Shown one piece after another: positions 1-11,479 of a stretch of DNA of 64,000 nucleotides. Each line of letters starts with the position of its first letter. The stretch's first letter is position 1. The stretch spans positions 3,348,001-3,412,000 of the forward strand of contig JASTWF010000035.1 in NCBI GenBank assembly GCA_030390025.1, given 5' to 3'. This stretch comes from Squalus acanthias (taxonomy: Eukaryota). Made by a program: the position numbers and the translations under genes. The notes beneath the pieces were generated by a model that saw only the letters and a list, made by a program, of their open reading frames with translations, ran no database searches and was not told the DNA's origin.

Positions 1-1855
1 GAGCTTTTATAGATATGTGAAGAGAAAAAGATTAGTGAAATCAAGTGTAGGTCCCTTGCAGTCAGAAGCGGGGGAAGTTATAATGGGGAACAAAGAAATG
101 GCAGCCCAATTAAATGCATATTTTGGTTCTGTCTTCACAAAGGAGGACACAAATAACCTCCCAGAGATGTTGGAGAACATACGGTCTGATGAAAGGGAGG
201 AACTGAAAGAAATCAGTATTTGCAGGGAAATGGTGTTAGGGAAATTGACGGGATTGAAGGCCGATAAATCCCCAGGGCCTGATAATCTACATCCTAGGGT
301 ACTTAAGGAAGTGGCCCTAGAAATAGTAGATGCATTGCTGATCATCTTCCAACATTCGATGGAATCTGGAACTGTACCCATGGATTGGAGGGTAGCTAAT
401 GTTACCCCACTATTCAAAAAGGGTGGTAGAGAGAAAGTGGGGAATTACAGACCGGTAAGCCTGACATCAGTAGTGGGGAAAATGCTAGAGTCCATTATAA
501 AGGATGTAATAGCTGAGCATTTGAAAAACAGTGACAGGATCGGACAAAGTCAACATGGATTTACAAAAGGTAAATCGTGCTTGACTAATCTACTGGAATT
601 TTTTGAGGATGTAACTGGGAAAATAGATAAATGAGAACCAGTAGATGTGGTGAATTTAGACTTTCAAAAGGCTTTCGATAAGGTCCCGCATAAGAGATTA
701 GCGGGTAAAGTTAAGGCACATGGGATTGGGGGCAAGGTATTGACTTGGATAGAGAACTGGTTGGCGGACAGAAAGCAGAGAGTAGGAATTAATGGGTCTT
801 TTTCCGAGTGGCAAGCAGTGACTAGTGGGGTACCGCAGGGATCGGTCCTTGGACCCCAGCTATTCACAATATACATTAATGATCTAGATAAGGGAATTAA
901 ATGTAATATCTCCAAGTTTGCAGATGACACAAAGCTGGGTGGGAGTGTGTGCAGCGAGGAGGATAGCGAGAAACTCCAGGATGATCTGGACAGGTTGGGT
1001 GAGTGGGCAGAAGCGTGGCAGATGTAATATAACGTGGATAAGTGCGAGGTTATCCATTTTGGTGTCAAAAACAGAAAGGCAGACTATTATCTGAATGGCA
1101 ATAGATTGGGAGAAGGGGAAGTGCAACGAGACCTGGGTGTCCTTGTGCACCAGTCGCTGAAAGTAAGCATGCAGGTGCAGCAGGCGGTGAAGAAGGCAAA
1201 TGGTATGTTGTCCTTCATAGCGAAAGGGTTTGAGTATAGGAACAGGGATGTCCTGCTGCAGTTGTACAGGGCCTTGGTGAGACCACACCTTGAGTACTGT
1301 GTGCAGTTTTGGTCGCCTTATCTGAGGAAGGATGTTCTTGCCATGGAAGGAGTTCAGCGAAGATTCACAAGGCTGATACCTGGGATGGCAGGAATGACAT
1401 ATGAGGAGAGATTGGGTCGATTGGGCTTATACTCACTGGAGTATAGAAGAATGAGAGGGGATCTCATCGAAACATATAAAATTCTGACAGGTCTGGACAA
1501 ACTAGATGCAGGAAGAATGTTCCCGATGGTCGGAGAGTCCAGAACCAGGGGTCATAATCTACGGATAACGGGTAAACCATTTAGGACAGAAATGAGGAAG
1601 AATTTCTTCACCCAGAGAGTGGTGAACCTGTGGAATTCTCTACCACAGAAGGCAGTTGAGGCGAGGTCATTAAATATATTCAAGGATGAGTTAGATATAT
1701 TTCTTAAAGCTAAAGGTATCAAGGGATATGGGGAGAAGGCAGGTACAGGGTACTGAGTTTAGATGATCAGCCATGATCTCATCGAATGGCGGAGCAGGCT
1801 CGAGGGGCCGAATGGCCTACTCCTGCTCCTATCTTCTATGTTTCTATGTTTCTAT
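1..1855 (+). mobile_element. CR1-clade LINE, 3' part (family A), ORF2 RT region with premature stops
   Basis: ORF pieces 17-634, 647-1027 and 1034-1756 are colinear CR1 ORF2 ([38 protein letters not shown]), broken by TGA at 632 and TAA at 1025. 3' UTR stem-loop GGCCGAATGGCC and (TTCTATGT)n tail at about 1833-1855. Confidence 0.95.
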
Positions 1856-2546
1856 CCCCATACCCCTCGATTCCCTTAATATCCAAAAATCTTTTGATCT
1901 CTGTCTTGAATATACTCAATGACTGAGCCTCCACAGCCCTCTGGGGTAGAGAATTCCAAAGATTCACAACCCAGTGAGTGAAGAAATTTCTCCTCATCTC
2001 AGTCCTAAATGGCCCACCTCGTATTCTGAGACTGTGACCCCTGGTTCTAGACTCCCCAGCCAAGGGAAACATCCTCCCTGCATCTACCCTGTCAAGCTCT
2101 GCAAGAATTTCATATGTTTCAATGAGATCATCTCTCACTCTTCCAAATTCTAGGAAATATAGGCCGAGTCTCCTCAATCTCTCCTCACAGGACAATCCCT
2201 CCATCCCAGCAATCAGTCTTGCACTCCCTCTAAGGCAAGTACATCATTCGTTAGATAAGGGGACCAAGACTGTACACAGTGCTCCAGTCGTGGTCTCACC
2301 GAGGCCCTATATAATTGCAGTAAGATATCTTGATTCTTATACTTCAACCCTTTTGTAAGTAAAGGCTGATATACCACTTGCTTTCCTAATTGCTTGCAGT
2401 ACCTGAATGGTGATTTATCGGCTTTTAATCCCATTAATTTCTCCAGTACTATTTCTTTACTAATACTAATTTCTTTAAGTTCCTCATACTCACTAGACCC
2501 TTGGTTCCCGACTATTTCCGGAATGATTTTTGTGCCTTCTTCCATG
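1856..2546 (-). mobile_element. Degenerate CR1 ORF2 fragments, internally deleted, continuing at 3751-3858
   Basis: Minus-strand ORFs 1836-2204 and 2213-2671 contain CR1 ORF2 C-terminal and KSP-region peptides. 3751-3858 encodes the preceding YVKRKR..GNKEMA segment. Confidence 0.8.
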
Positions 2547-3752
2547 AATAGAGTGCAGTTGATGTAGTCTACATGGACTTCAGTAAGGCTTTTGACAAAG
2601 TCCCACATGGGAGACTGGTCAAGAAGGTAAGAGCCCATGGGATCCAGGGCAATTTGGCACATTGGATCCAAAATTGGCTTAGTGGCAGTAGGCAGAGGGT
2701 GATGGTCGAAGGTTGTTTTTGTGACTGGAAGCCTGTGTCCAGTGGTGTACCGCAGGGATTGGTGCTGGGTCCTTTGCTGTTTGTAGTGTACATTAATGAT
2801 TTAGATATGAATGTAGGAGGTATGATCAGTAAGTTTGCAGATGACACGAAAATTGGTGGAGTGGTAAATAGCGAGGAGGGAAGCCTCAGGCCACAGGACG
2901 ATATAGATGGGTTGGTTAGATGGGCAGAACAGTGGCAAATGGAATTTAACCCTAAAAAGTGTGAGGTGATGCATTTTGGGAGGACTAACAAGGCAATGGA
3001 ATACACAATGAATGGTAGAACCCTAGGAAGGACAGAGGATCAGAGGGACCTTGGTGTGCATGTACATAGATCTCTGAAGGCAGCAGGACAGGTAGATAAG
3101 GTGGTTAAAAAGGCATATGGGATACTTGCCTTCATTAGCCGAGACATAGAATATAAGAGCAGGGAGGTTATGATGGAGCTGTACAAAATGCTAGTTAGGC
3201 CACAGCTGGAATACTGTGTGCAGTTCTGGTCGCCACACTATAGGAAGGATGTGATTGCATTGGATGGGGTGCAGAGGAGATTCACCAGGATGTTACCTGG
3301 GCTGCAGCGCTTCAGCTATGAAGAGAGACTGGACAGGCTGGGGTTGTTTTCCTTAGAGCAGAGAAGGCTGAGGGGGGACCTGATTGAGGTGTACAAAATT
3401 ATGAGGGGCACAGATAGGGTAGATAGAAAGGAACTTTTCCCCTTAGTGGAGGGGTCAATAACCAGGGGGCATAGTTTCAAGATAAGGGGCAGGACGTTTA
3501 GAGGGGATTTGAGGAAAAACTTTTTCACCCGGAGGGTGGTTGGAATCTGGAACTCTCTGCCTGAAAGGGTGGTAGAGGCAGGAACCCTCACAACATTCAA
3601 GAAGCATTTAGATGAGCACTTGAAACGCCATAGCATACAAGGCTACGGACCAAGTGCTGGAAAATGGGATTAGAATAGACAGTGCTTGATGGCCGGCGCG
3701 GACACGATGGGCCAAAGGGCCTCTTTCTGTGCTGTATAAATCTATGACTCTA
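2547..3752 (+). mobile_element. 5'-truncated CR1 (family B) with an uninterrupted RT/C-terminal ORF2 segment
   Basis: ORF 2573-3673 runs from DFSKAFDKV through FADD to GYGPSAGKWD*. 3' UTR ends in a CTATGACTCTAT tail. Confidence 0.93.
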
Positions 3753-6700
3753 TTTGTTTGATGTCTCTGCCATTTCCTTAGTCCCCATTATAATTTCTCC
3801 TGTCTCTGCCTGTAAGGGACCTATGTTTACTTTCGCTAATCTCTTCCTTTTTACATACGGTCTGCACAAAGCGGGATTAAACGGAGTGGACTTGAACAAA
3901 GTGTTTTAGTTGGGAATTTGGAAAGAGCGGGTATTCAGAGAAGAGAGGGAAGGAGTTGTTGCTTTTTGCCTACACTACTTGTAGTGCTTCGTGTTATGAT
4001 ATTTAATTTCAGTACCCATAACTTAATCTAGATTAAGTAAGTAGTCAAGAAACTACACTGCAAACTAAGTTTCCTAATTACAAATTTAATTAAATAAAAT
4101 AAGGTCATATAGGGATGGCAGTGCAGGTGGTGTGCCGCATCTGCAGCATGTGGGAGTTTGTGGAGAGCATTGTGATCCCGGACAACCACGTTTGCAGTAA
4201 GTGCCTGCATCTTGAGGAACTTCAGCTCAGAGTTGTTGAGCTGAGTCTGAGGTGCAAACATTGCGGGGCATCAGGGATGGGGAGAGTTACCTGGACACTT
4301 TGAACCAGGAGGCAGTCACACCCCTTAGGTTAGGTAGTGGTACAGGTCTGTTTAGTGGTCAGGGACAGGAGGGTGTGACTGTAACTCAGGCAGGTAAGGG
4401 GACCCCAGGTGCAGTGCTGGAGGAACCTCAGCCTTTGCCCTTGTCCAACAGGTATGAGGTTCTTGCTGCCTGTGTGGATGAGGGAAAAGGCTGCAGGATG
4501 GATGAGCAAGCTGACCATGGCACCATGGTCCAGGAGGCCATTCAAGTAGGGAGAGTGAAAGGGAATGTAGTTGTGGTAGGGGACAGTATAGTCAGGGGGA
4601 TAGATACTGTTCTCTGCAGCCGTGACCAAGAGTTCTGAAGGCTGTGTTGCATACCCGGTGCCAGGGTTAAAGGCATCTTCTCACAGCTGGAGAAGAACTT
4701 GGAGTGGGAGGGGGAGGATCCAGTTGTCGTGGTCCATGTAGGAACCAATGACATAGGTAGAACTAGGTATGAGGTTCTGCTGAGGGAGTTTGAGGAGCTA
4801 GGATCCAAATTAAAATCAGAACCTCAAAGGTAATAATCTCTGAATTGTTACCTGAGCCATGCGCAAATTGGCATAGGGACAAACAGATTAGAGGTTTAAA
4901 TGCTTGGCTCAAAGAGTGGTGTGGGAGGAAGGGGTTTCAGTTCATGGGGCACTGGCACCAGTACTGGGGAAAGTGGGAGCTGTTCCGTTGGGACGGGCTC
5001 CACATAAACCAGGCTGGGACCAGTGTCCTGGTGAACCGAATAACTAGGGCAGTAGACAGGGCTTTAAACTAATGATGGGGGGGTGGTGGGAGGATTCAGG
5101 AAAGAGTAAATTTAAAAGCAGTGAGAGAAATGTCAAGGCTCAAGAGCAGAGTTGAGTTTTGGGTAAAAATAAGCAGAGTGGGTCAGGAAGGGATAGAGAG
5201 AGTAACAAAGGTAATAAGGCATCAGTGACTAAGTTGACATCAGGGAAAAATAGAAATAAGTCAAAGCTAAAGGTACTATATCTGAATGTGCAGAGCATTC
5301 GCAACAAAATAGATGAATTAATAGCGCAGATAAAATTAACAGGTTTGATCTAATAGACATAACAGAGACGTGGTTGCAAAGTGACCAGGGTTGGGAACTA
5401 AATATTCCAGGATACTTAACTTTTAGGAGAGATAGGCAAAATGGAAAAGGAGGAGGGGTAGCCCTGATAAGAAAGGATCTTAGCTCTGAAAATCAAGAAG
5501 TAGAATCAGTTTGGGTGGAGCTAAAAAACAGCAAGGGGCAGAAAACATTGGTGGGAGTTGTTTATAGGCCCCCAAACACTAGTTGTAATGTAGGGCAGAG
5601 TATAAATCAGGAAATTAGAGGTGCATATAACAAGGGTAATACAGTAATCATGGGGGACTTTAATCTACATATAGACTGGGCAAACCAAATTTACAGTAAT
5701 AATGTGGAGGACGAATTCATGGAATGTATGCAAGATAGTTTCTAGATCAGTATCTGGAGAAACCAACTAGGGAACAGGCTATTTTAGATCTAGTATTGTG
5801 CAATGAGAAAGGGTTAATTAAAGGGGCCTTTAGGGAAGAGTGATCATATATGATAGAATTTTATATTGAGTTTGAAAGTGATTTAGTTAAATCCAAAACT
5901 AGGGTCTTAAATCTAAACAAAGCAAACTACGTAGGTATGAGGGACGAGTTGGCTAAGGTAGATTGGGAAATTACATTAAAAGGTTTGATGGTAGACAAGC
6001 AATGGCTGGCATTTAAAGAATTAATACATAATTTACAGCAAATATACATTCCTTTTAAGGCACAAAAACCCCACAGGAAAAGTGGTCCAACCGTGGCTAA
6101 CAAGAGAAGTTAAAGACAGTATTAGATCAAAGGAACAGGCTTATAATGTTGCCAAAAGAGTTGTAAGACTGAGGATTGGGAGGATTTTAGAATTCAGCAG
6201 AAGAGGACTAAGAAATTGATAAAGAAAGGGAAAATAGAATATGAGTGTAATCTAGTGAGAGACATAAAAACACATTGTAAAAGCTTCTATAGGTATGTAA
6301 AAAGGAAAAAATTAGCAAAAGTAAATGTGGGTCCCTTACAGGCTAAAACAGGTGAAATTATAATGGGGAATAAGGAAATGGCAGAGAAATTGAACAAATA
6401 CTTTCTGGGCTGGATTTTGCCAATGGGGACGGGCTGGGTGCGTGTCAGATGGTCAGCGGTTCCCGACCCCGCCTCCGATGTGATTCGTGACAATTGGCCT
6501 ATTTTACCCTAATTGGGCACTTGATTTCCAGCGTGTGGAAACCCCTGGCCCAATGAGTCTTTTCATACAGAAACTCGCTTCCGATGACATCATCTATGCA
6601 ACTGGATTAAAGGCCTGCAAGCAGCCTTGCTTCTTTTTCAGCCTCACAACTTTATGACCATTCTTCTGAGGGATCCCTTCTGCAAGTATGTTCAGCACCA

Positions 6701-6866
6701 GACCAAAGTGTGCACCCAGATTCGATGAGGCCTCCCTCCAAGATCTGGTGGAGGGAGCAAGAGCAAATATGGAGGTGCTCTTTCCTTCCTCAGGGAGGAA
6801 AAAGCCTCCACAACAGACTAAATTTGTGTGACTGCAAGTGGCACAGGGGGTCAATGCTATTTCTAT

Positions 6867-7265
6867 CCTTTCTTTCTTTCTCTCTCCCACAGAGCGGTCG
6901 GCAGCGGGGAAGGAGGGGCGGACCTGGTTGGAGCGGCAGAGGCCTGAGGTGAGTCATTAAAGGGAGGCCCGAGGCTCAGGTAGGCCTCAGACCAGCGTCG
7001 ACAGCGGGGGAGGAGGAGCCTTTCTTTCTTTCTCTCTCCCACAGAGCGGTCGGCAGCGGGGAAGGAGGGGCGGACCTGGTTGGAGCGGCAGAGGCCTGAG
7101 GTGAGTCATTAAAGGGAGGCCCGAGGCTCAGGTAGGCCTCAGACCAGCGTCGACAGCGGGGGAGGAGGAGCCTTTCTTTCTTTCTCTCTCCCACAGAGCG
7201 GTCGGCAGCGGGGAAGGAGGGGCGGACCTGGTTGGAGCGGCAGAGGCCTGAGGTGAGTCATTAAA
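6867..7265 (+). repeat. 152-bp tandem monomers (about 2.6 copies) in the CR1 5' UTR
   Basis: Units start at 6867, 7019 and 7171 and look identical by eye. Each has GGGGCGG and TGAGTCA (6950, 7102, 7254). Confidence 0.95.
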
Positions 7266-7326
7266 CTCACCTACGTGGCCTTTTTCCCCAGCGGGGAAAG
7301 AGCTTCGCGGGCTTTTTCAAAGGCAG

Positions 7327-7359
7327 GGGGCGGGGCCAATTCATTGGTACCCGTATATA
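7327..7359 (+). promoter_or_regulatory. Putative pol II promoter cluster in the CR1 5' UTR (GC box, CCAAT/ATTGG, TATA-like)
   Basis: GGGGCGGGG 7327-7335, CCAAT 7336-7340, ATTGG 7343-7347, TATATA 7354-7359. Motif match only. Confidence 0.45.
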
Positions 7360-7550
7360 GGTGGAGCGGTTGCTAAACCCGAGACACTACACTAGTAGTG
7401 ACTCCCACCCTCCCACCTCCTCTAACCTTTAGGGGTAGAGGGAATTTAAAAGGTAGGTTCGATTTTATATTTTGTTTTCAGGGACTTAACTCCTGGACCT
7501 AAGATAAATAAGTTTAAATTTTAGTAATAAAGTAACATAAGGGTTAAGTC

Positions 7551-8495
7551 ATGACAGGAAGTCTCGGACCCGTTTCATGCTCCTCCTGTGCCATGTGGGA
7601 AACCAGGGACACTTCCAGTGTCCCTGACAACTACGTGTGCGGGAAGTGTGTCCAGCTGCAGCTCCTGACAGCCCGCATGGCAGTGCTGGAGCTGCGGGTG
7701 GACTCACTCTGGAGCATGCACGATGCCGAGAACTCGGTGAATCGCTCATTTAGTGAGTTGTCCACACCGCAGGTAAAGGCTAGGACAGACAGTGAATGGG
7801 TGACCAAGAAGCAGGGCAATATCAGGAAGGTAGTGCAGGAGTCCCCTGTGGTCATCTCCCTCCAAAACAGGTATGCCGCTTTGGATACTGTTGGGGGAGA
7901 TGGCTTACCAGGGGAAGGCACTAGCAGCCAGGTTCATGGCACCATGGCTGGCTCTGCTGCACAGCAGGGCGGGAAAAAGAGTGGTAGGGCTATAGTGATA
8001 GGGGACTCAATTGTAAGGGGAATAGACAGGAGTTTCTGTGGCCGCAACCGAGATTCCAGGATGGTATGTTGCCTCCCTGGTGCAAGGGTCAAGGATGTCT
8101 CGGAGCGGCTGCAGAACATTCTGAAGAGGGAGGGTGAACAGCCAGCTGTCGTGGTGCATGTAGGTACCAACGATATAGGTAAAAAGCGGGAAGAGGTCCT
8201 ACAAGCAGAATTTAGGGAGCTAGGAGCTAAATTAAAAAGTAGGACCTCTAAGGTAGTAATCTCTGGATTGCTACCAGGGCCACGTGCTAATCAGAATAGA
8301 GAGAACAGGATAGTGAGATTGAATACGTGGCTTGAGCAGTGGTGCAGGAGGGAGGGATTCAAATTCCTGAGGCATTGGAACCAGTTCTGGGGGAAGTGGG
8401 ACCTGTACAAAAGGGACAGTCTGCACTTGGGCAGGACTGGAACCGATGTCCTCGGGGTAATATTTGCTAAAGCAGTTCGGGAGGATTTAAACTAA
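7551..8495 (+). CDS. CR1 ORF1p (zinc finger/leucine zipper plus SGNH esterase-like domain), 314 aa
   Basis: CSSC..CGKC, heptad leucines (LQLLTARMAVLELRVDSL), and SGNH blocks VIGDS, HVGTND and DSLH. Confidence 0.95.
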   Translation: MTGSLGPVSCSSCAMWETRDTSSVPDNYVCGKCVQLQLLTARMAVLELRVDSLWSMHDAENSVNRSFSELSTPQVKARTDSEWVTKKQGNIRKVVQESPVVISLQNRYAALDTVGGDGLPGEGTSSQVHGTMAGSAAQQGGKKSGRAIVIGDSIVRGIDRSFCGRNRDSRMVCCLPGARVKDVSERLQNILKREGEQPAVVVHVGTNDIGKKREEVLQAEFRELGAKLKSRTSKVVISGLLPGPRANQNRENRIVRLNTWLEQWCRREGFKFLRHWNQFWGKWDLYKRDSLHLGRTGTDVLGVIFAKAVREDLN

Positions 8496-8542
8496 TATGG
8501 CAGGGGAATGGGAACCTATGTAGCGAAACAGGGGGAAGTAAT

Positions 8543-11479
8543 ATGCAGTCAGAAACAAATGTTAGAAGGGTGAGAAACAATAGGGGAAGGCCGAGTAAAC
8601 AAAGGCAAGAAACACAAAGGGCCATACTAAATCATAAGTCTAAAAGGACAAAGGATGTTAATAAAACAAGCCTAAAGGCTCTGTGTCTTAATGCAAGGAG
8701 TATCCATAATAAGGTGGATGAATTGACTGTGCAAATAGATGTTAACGGATACGATGTGATTGGGATTACAGAGACGTGGCTCCAGAACAATCAAGGCTGG
8801 GAACTGAACATCCAGGGGTATTCAACATTCAGAAAGGATAGAATAAAAGGAAAAGGGGGTGGGGTAGCATTGCTGGTTAAAGAGGAGATTAATGCAATAG
8901 CTAGGAAGGACATCAGCTTGGAGGATGTGGAATCAATATGGGTTGAGCTGCAGAACACCAAAGGGCAGAAAACGTTAGTGGGAGTTGTGTACAGACCTCC
9001 AAACAACAGTAGTGAGGTGGGGGAGGGTATGAAACAGGAAATCAGAGGTGCGTGCAAAAAAGGCACGGCAGTTATCATGGGTGACTTTAATATGCATATA
9101 GATTGGGCTACTCAAACTGGAAGCAATACGGTGGAGGAGGATTTCCTGGAGTGTTTAAGGGATGGTTTCCTAAACCAATATGTTGAGGAACCAACTCGAG
9201 GGGAGGCCATCCTGGACTGGGTGTTGTGTAATGAGGAGGGACTAATCAGCAATCTTGTGGTACGAGGCCCCCTGGGGAAGAGTGACCATAGTATGGTGGA
9301 GTTCTACATTAGGATGGAGAAGGAAACAGTTAAGTCAGAGACCATGGTCCAGAACTTAAATAAGGGCAACTTTGAGGGTATGAGGCGTGAATTGGCGAGG
9401 TTAAATTGGCAAGCGATATTTAAGGGGCTATCAGTGGAAGGGCAATGGCAGACATTTAGAGATCGCATGGATGAACTACAACAATTGTACATCCCGGTCT
9501 GGCATAAAAATAAAAAAGGGAAGGTGGCTCAACCATGGCTAACAAGGGAAATCAGGGATAGTATTAAAACCAAGGAAGTTGCATACAAATTGGCCAGAAG
9601 TAGCAGCAAACCCGGGGACTGGGAGAACTTCAAAACTCAGCAGAGGAGGACGAAGGGTTTGATTAGGGCAGGGAAAATAAAATATGAAAGGAAGCTTGCA
9701 GAGAACATTAAAATGGACTGCAAAAGCTTCTATAAATATGTAAAAAGAAAGAGGTTAGTAAAAACAAACGTAGGTCCCCTGCAGTCGGAAACAGGGGAAG
9801 TCGTAATGGGGAACAAGGAAATGGCAGATCAATTGAACAAGTACTTTGGTTCGGTGTTTACTGTGGAGGACACACACAACCTGCCGGAAATAAAAGGGGT
9901 CAGAGGATCTGGTAAGAGGGAGGAGCTGAGGGAAATTCTTATTAGTCGGGAAAAGGTATTGGGGAAATTGATGGGACTGAAGGCTGAAAAATCCCCGGGG
10001 CCTGATGGTCTGCATCCCAGAGTACTTAAGGAGGTGGCCTTGGAAATAGTGGATGCATTGACGATCATTTTCCAACATTCCTTAGACTCTGGATCAGTTC
10101 CGATGGAGTGGAGGGTGGCCAATGTAACCCCTCTTTTTAAAAAAGGAGGGAGGGAGAAAGCAGGGAATTATAGACCGGTCAGCCTGACATCGGTCGTGGG
10201 TAAAATGATGGAAGCAATTATTAAAGATGTCATAACAGACCATTTGGAAAGTGGCGACATGATAGGTCCAAGTCAGCATGGATTTGTGAAAGGGAAATCA
10301 TGCTTGACAAATCTTCTGGAATTTTTTGAGGATGTTTCCAATAGGGTGGACAGGGGGGAACCAGTAGATGTGGTGTATTTGGACTTTCAGAAGGCCTTCG
10401 ACAAGGTCCCACACAAGAGATTGGTGAGCAAAGTTAAAGCACATGGGATTGGGGGTAATGTGTTGACGTGGATTGAGAACTGGTTGGCACACAGGAAACA
10501 AAGAGTAGGAGTAAATGGGTACTTTTCAGAATGGCAGGCAGTGACCAGCGGGGTACCGCAGGGTTCGGTGCTGGGACCCCAGCTGTTTACATTATATATT
10601 AATGATTTGGACGAAGGGATTAAATGTAATATCTCCAAATTTGCGGATGACACTAAATTGGGAGGCAGTGTGAACAATGAGGAGGATGCTAGGAGGCTAC
10701 AGAGTGACTTGGACAGGTTGGGTGAATGGGCAAATGTATGGCAGATGAAGTACAATGTGGATAAATGTGAGGTTATCCACTTTGGTGGTAAAAATAGAGA
10801 GGCGGACTATTACCTGAATGGTGGCAGATTAGGGAAAGGGGACGTGCAACGAGACCTGGGCGTCATGGTACATCAGTCACTGAAGGTGGGAATGCAAGTG
10901 CAGCAGGCAGTCAAGAAAGCAAACGGAATGATGGCCTTCATAGCAAGGGGATTTGAGTACAGGAGTAGGGAGGTGATGCTACAGTTGTACAGGGCCATGG
11001 TGAGGCCACACCTGGAGTATTGTGCGCAGTTTTGGTCTCCTAACTTAAGGAAGGACATTCTTGCTATTGAGGGAGTGCAGCGAAGGTTCACTAGATTGAT
11101 TCCTGGGATGGCCGGACTGACATATCAAGAAAGATTGGGTCAACTGAACTTGTATCCTCTGGAGTTCAGAAGAATGAGGGGGGATCTTATAGAGACATTT
11201 AAAATCCTGACTGGTTTAGACAAATTAGATGCGGGCAGAATGTTCCCAATGGTAGGGAAAACTAGAACCAGGGGTCACAGTCTAAGGATTAAGGGGAAGC
11301 CATTTAGGACTGAGCTGAGGAGGAACTTCTTCACCCAGAGAGTGGTGAATCTATGGAATTCTCTTCCACAGAAGGTTGTTGAGGCCAGTTCGCTAAATAT
11401 ATTCAAAAGGGAGTTAGATATAACACTCACAACTAAGGGGATCAAGGGGTATGGCGAGAAAGCAGGAATGGGGTACTGA
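8543..11479 (+). CDS. CR1 ORF2p (AP endonuclease plus reverse transcriptase), 978 aa from the first ATG; reading frame open from 8471
   Basis: APE motifs LNARS, ITETW, VYRPP, MGDFN, LDW and SDH. RT motifs [23 protein letters not shown] and FADD. No stops. Confidence 0.97.
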   Translation: MQSETNVRRVRNNRGRPSKQRQETQRAILNHKSKRTKDVNKTSLKALCLNARSIHNKVDELTVQIDVNGYDVIGITETWLQNNQGWELNIQGYSTFRKDRIKGKGGGVALLVKEEINAIARKDISLEDVESIWVELQNTKGQKTLVGVVYRPPNNSSEVGEGMKQEIRGACKKGTAVIMGDFNMHIDWATQTGSNTVEEDFLECLRDGFLNQYVEEPTRGEAILDWVLCNEEGLISNLVVRGPLGKSDHSMVEFYIRMEKETVKSETMVQNLNKGNFEGMRRELARLNWQAIFKGLSVEGQWQTFRDRMDELQQLYIPVWHKNKKGKVAQPWLTREIRDSIKTKEVAYKLARSSSKPGDWENFKTQQRRTKGLIRAGKIKYERKLAENIKMDCKSFYKYVKRKRLVKTNVGPLQSETGEVVMGNKEMADQLNKYFGSVFTVEDTHNLPEIKGVRGSGKREELREILISREKVLGKLMGLKAEKSPGPDGLHPRVLKEVALEIVDALTIIFQHSLDSGSVPMEWRVANVTPLFKKGGREKAGNYRPVSLTSVVGKMMEAIIKDVITDHLESGDMIGPSQHGFVKGKSCLTNLLEFFEDVSNRVDRGEPVDVVYLDFQKAFDKVPHKRLVSKVKAHGIGGNVLTWIENWLAHRKQRVGVNGYFSEWQAVTSGVPQGSVLGPQLFTLYINDLDEGIKCNISKFADDTKLGGSVNNEEDARRLQSDLDRLGEWANVWQMKYNVDKCEVIHFGGKNREADYYLNGGRLGKGDVQRDLGVMVHQSLKVGMQVQQAVKKANGMMAFIARGFEYRSREVMLQLYRAMVRPHLEYCAQFWSPNLRKDILAIEGVQRRFTRLIPGMAGLTYQERLGQLNLYPLEFRRMRGDLIETFKILTGLDKLDAGRMFPMVGKTRTRGHSLRIKGKPFRTELRRNFFTQRVVNLWNSLPQKVVEASSLNIFKRELDITLTTKGIKGYGEKAGMGY

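Noticed and set aside
7..1288. Many 60-260 aa ORFs antisense to CR1 ORF2, here and throughout (for example 22052-22846 and 36828-37265)
   Set aside because: They are shadow frames of RT coding sequence that recur only because the LINEs are homologous, and they show no independent domains.
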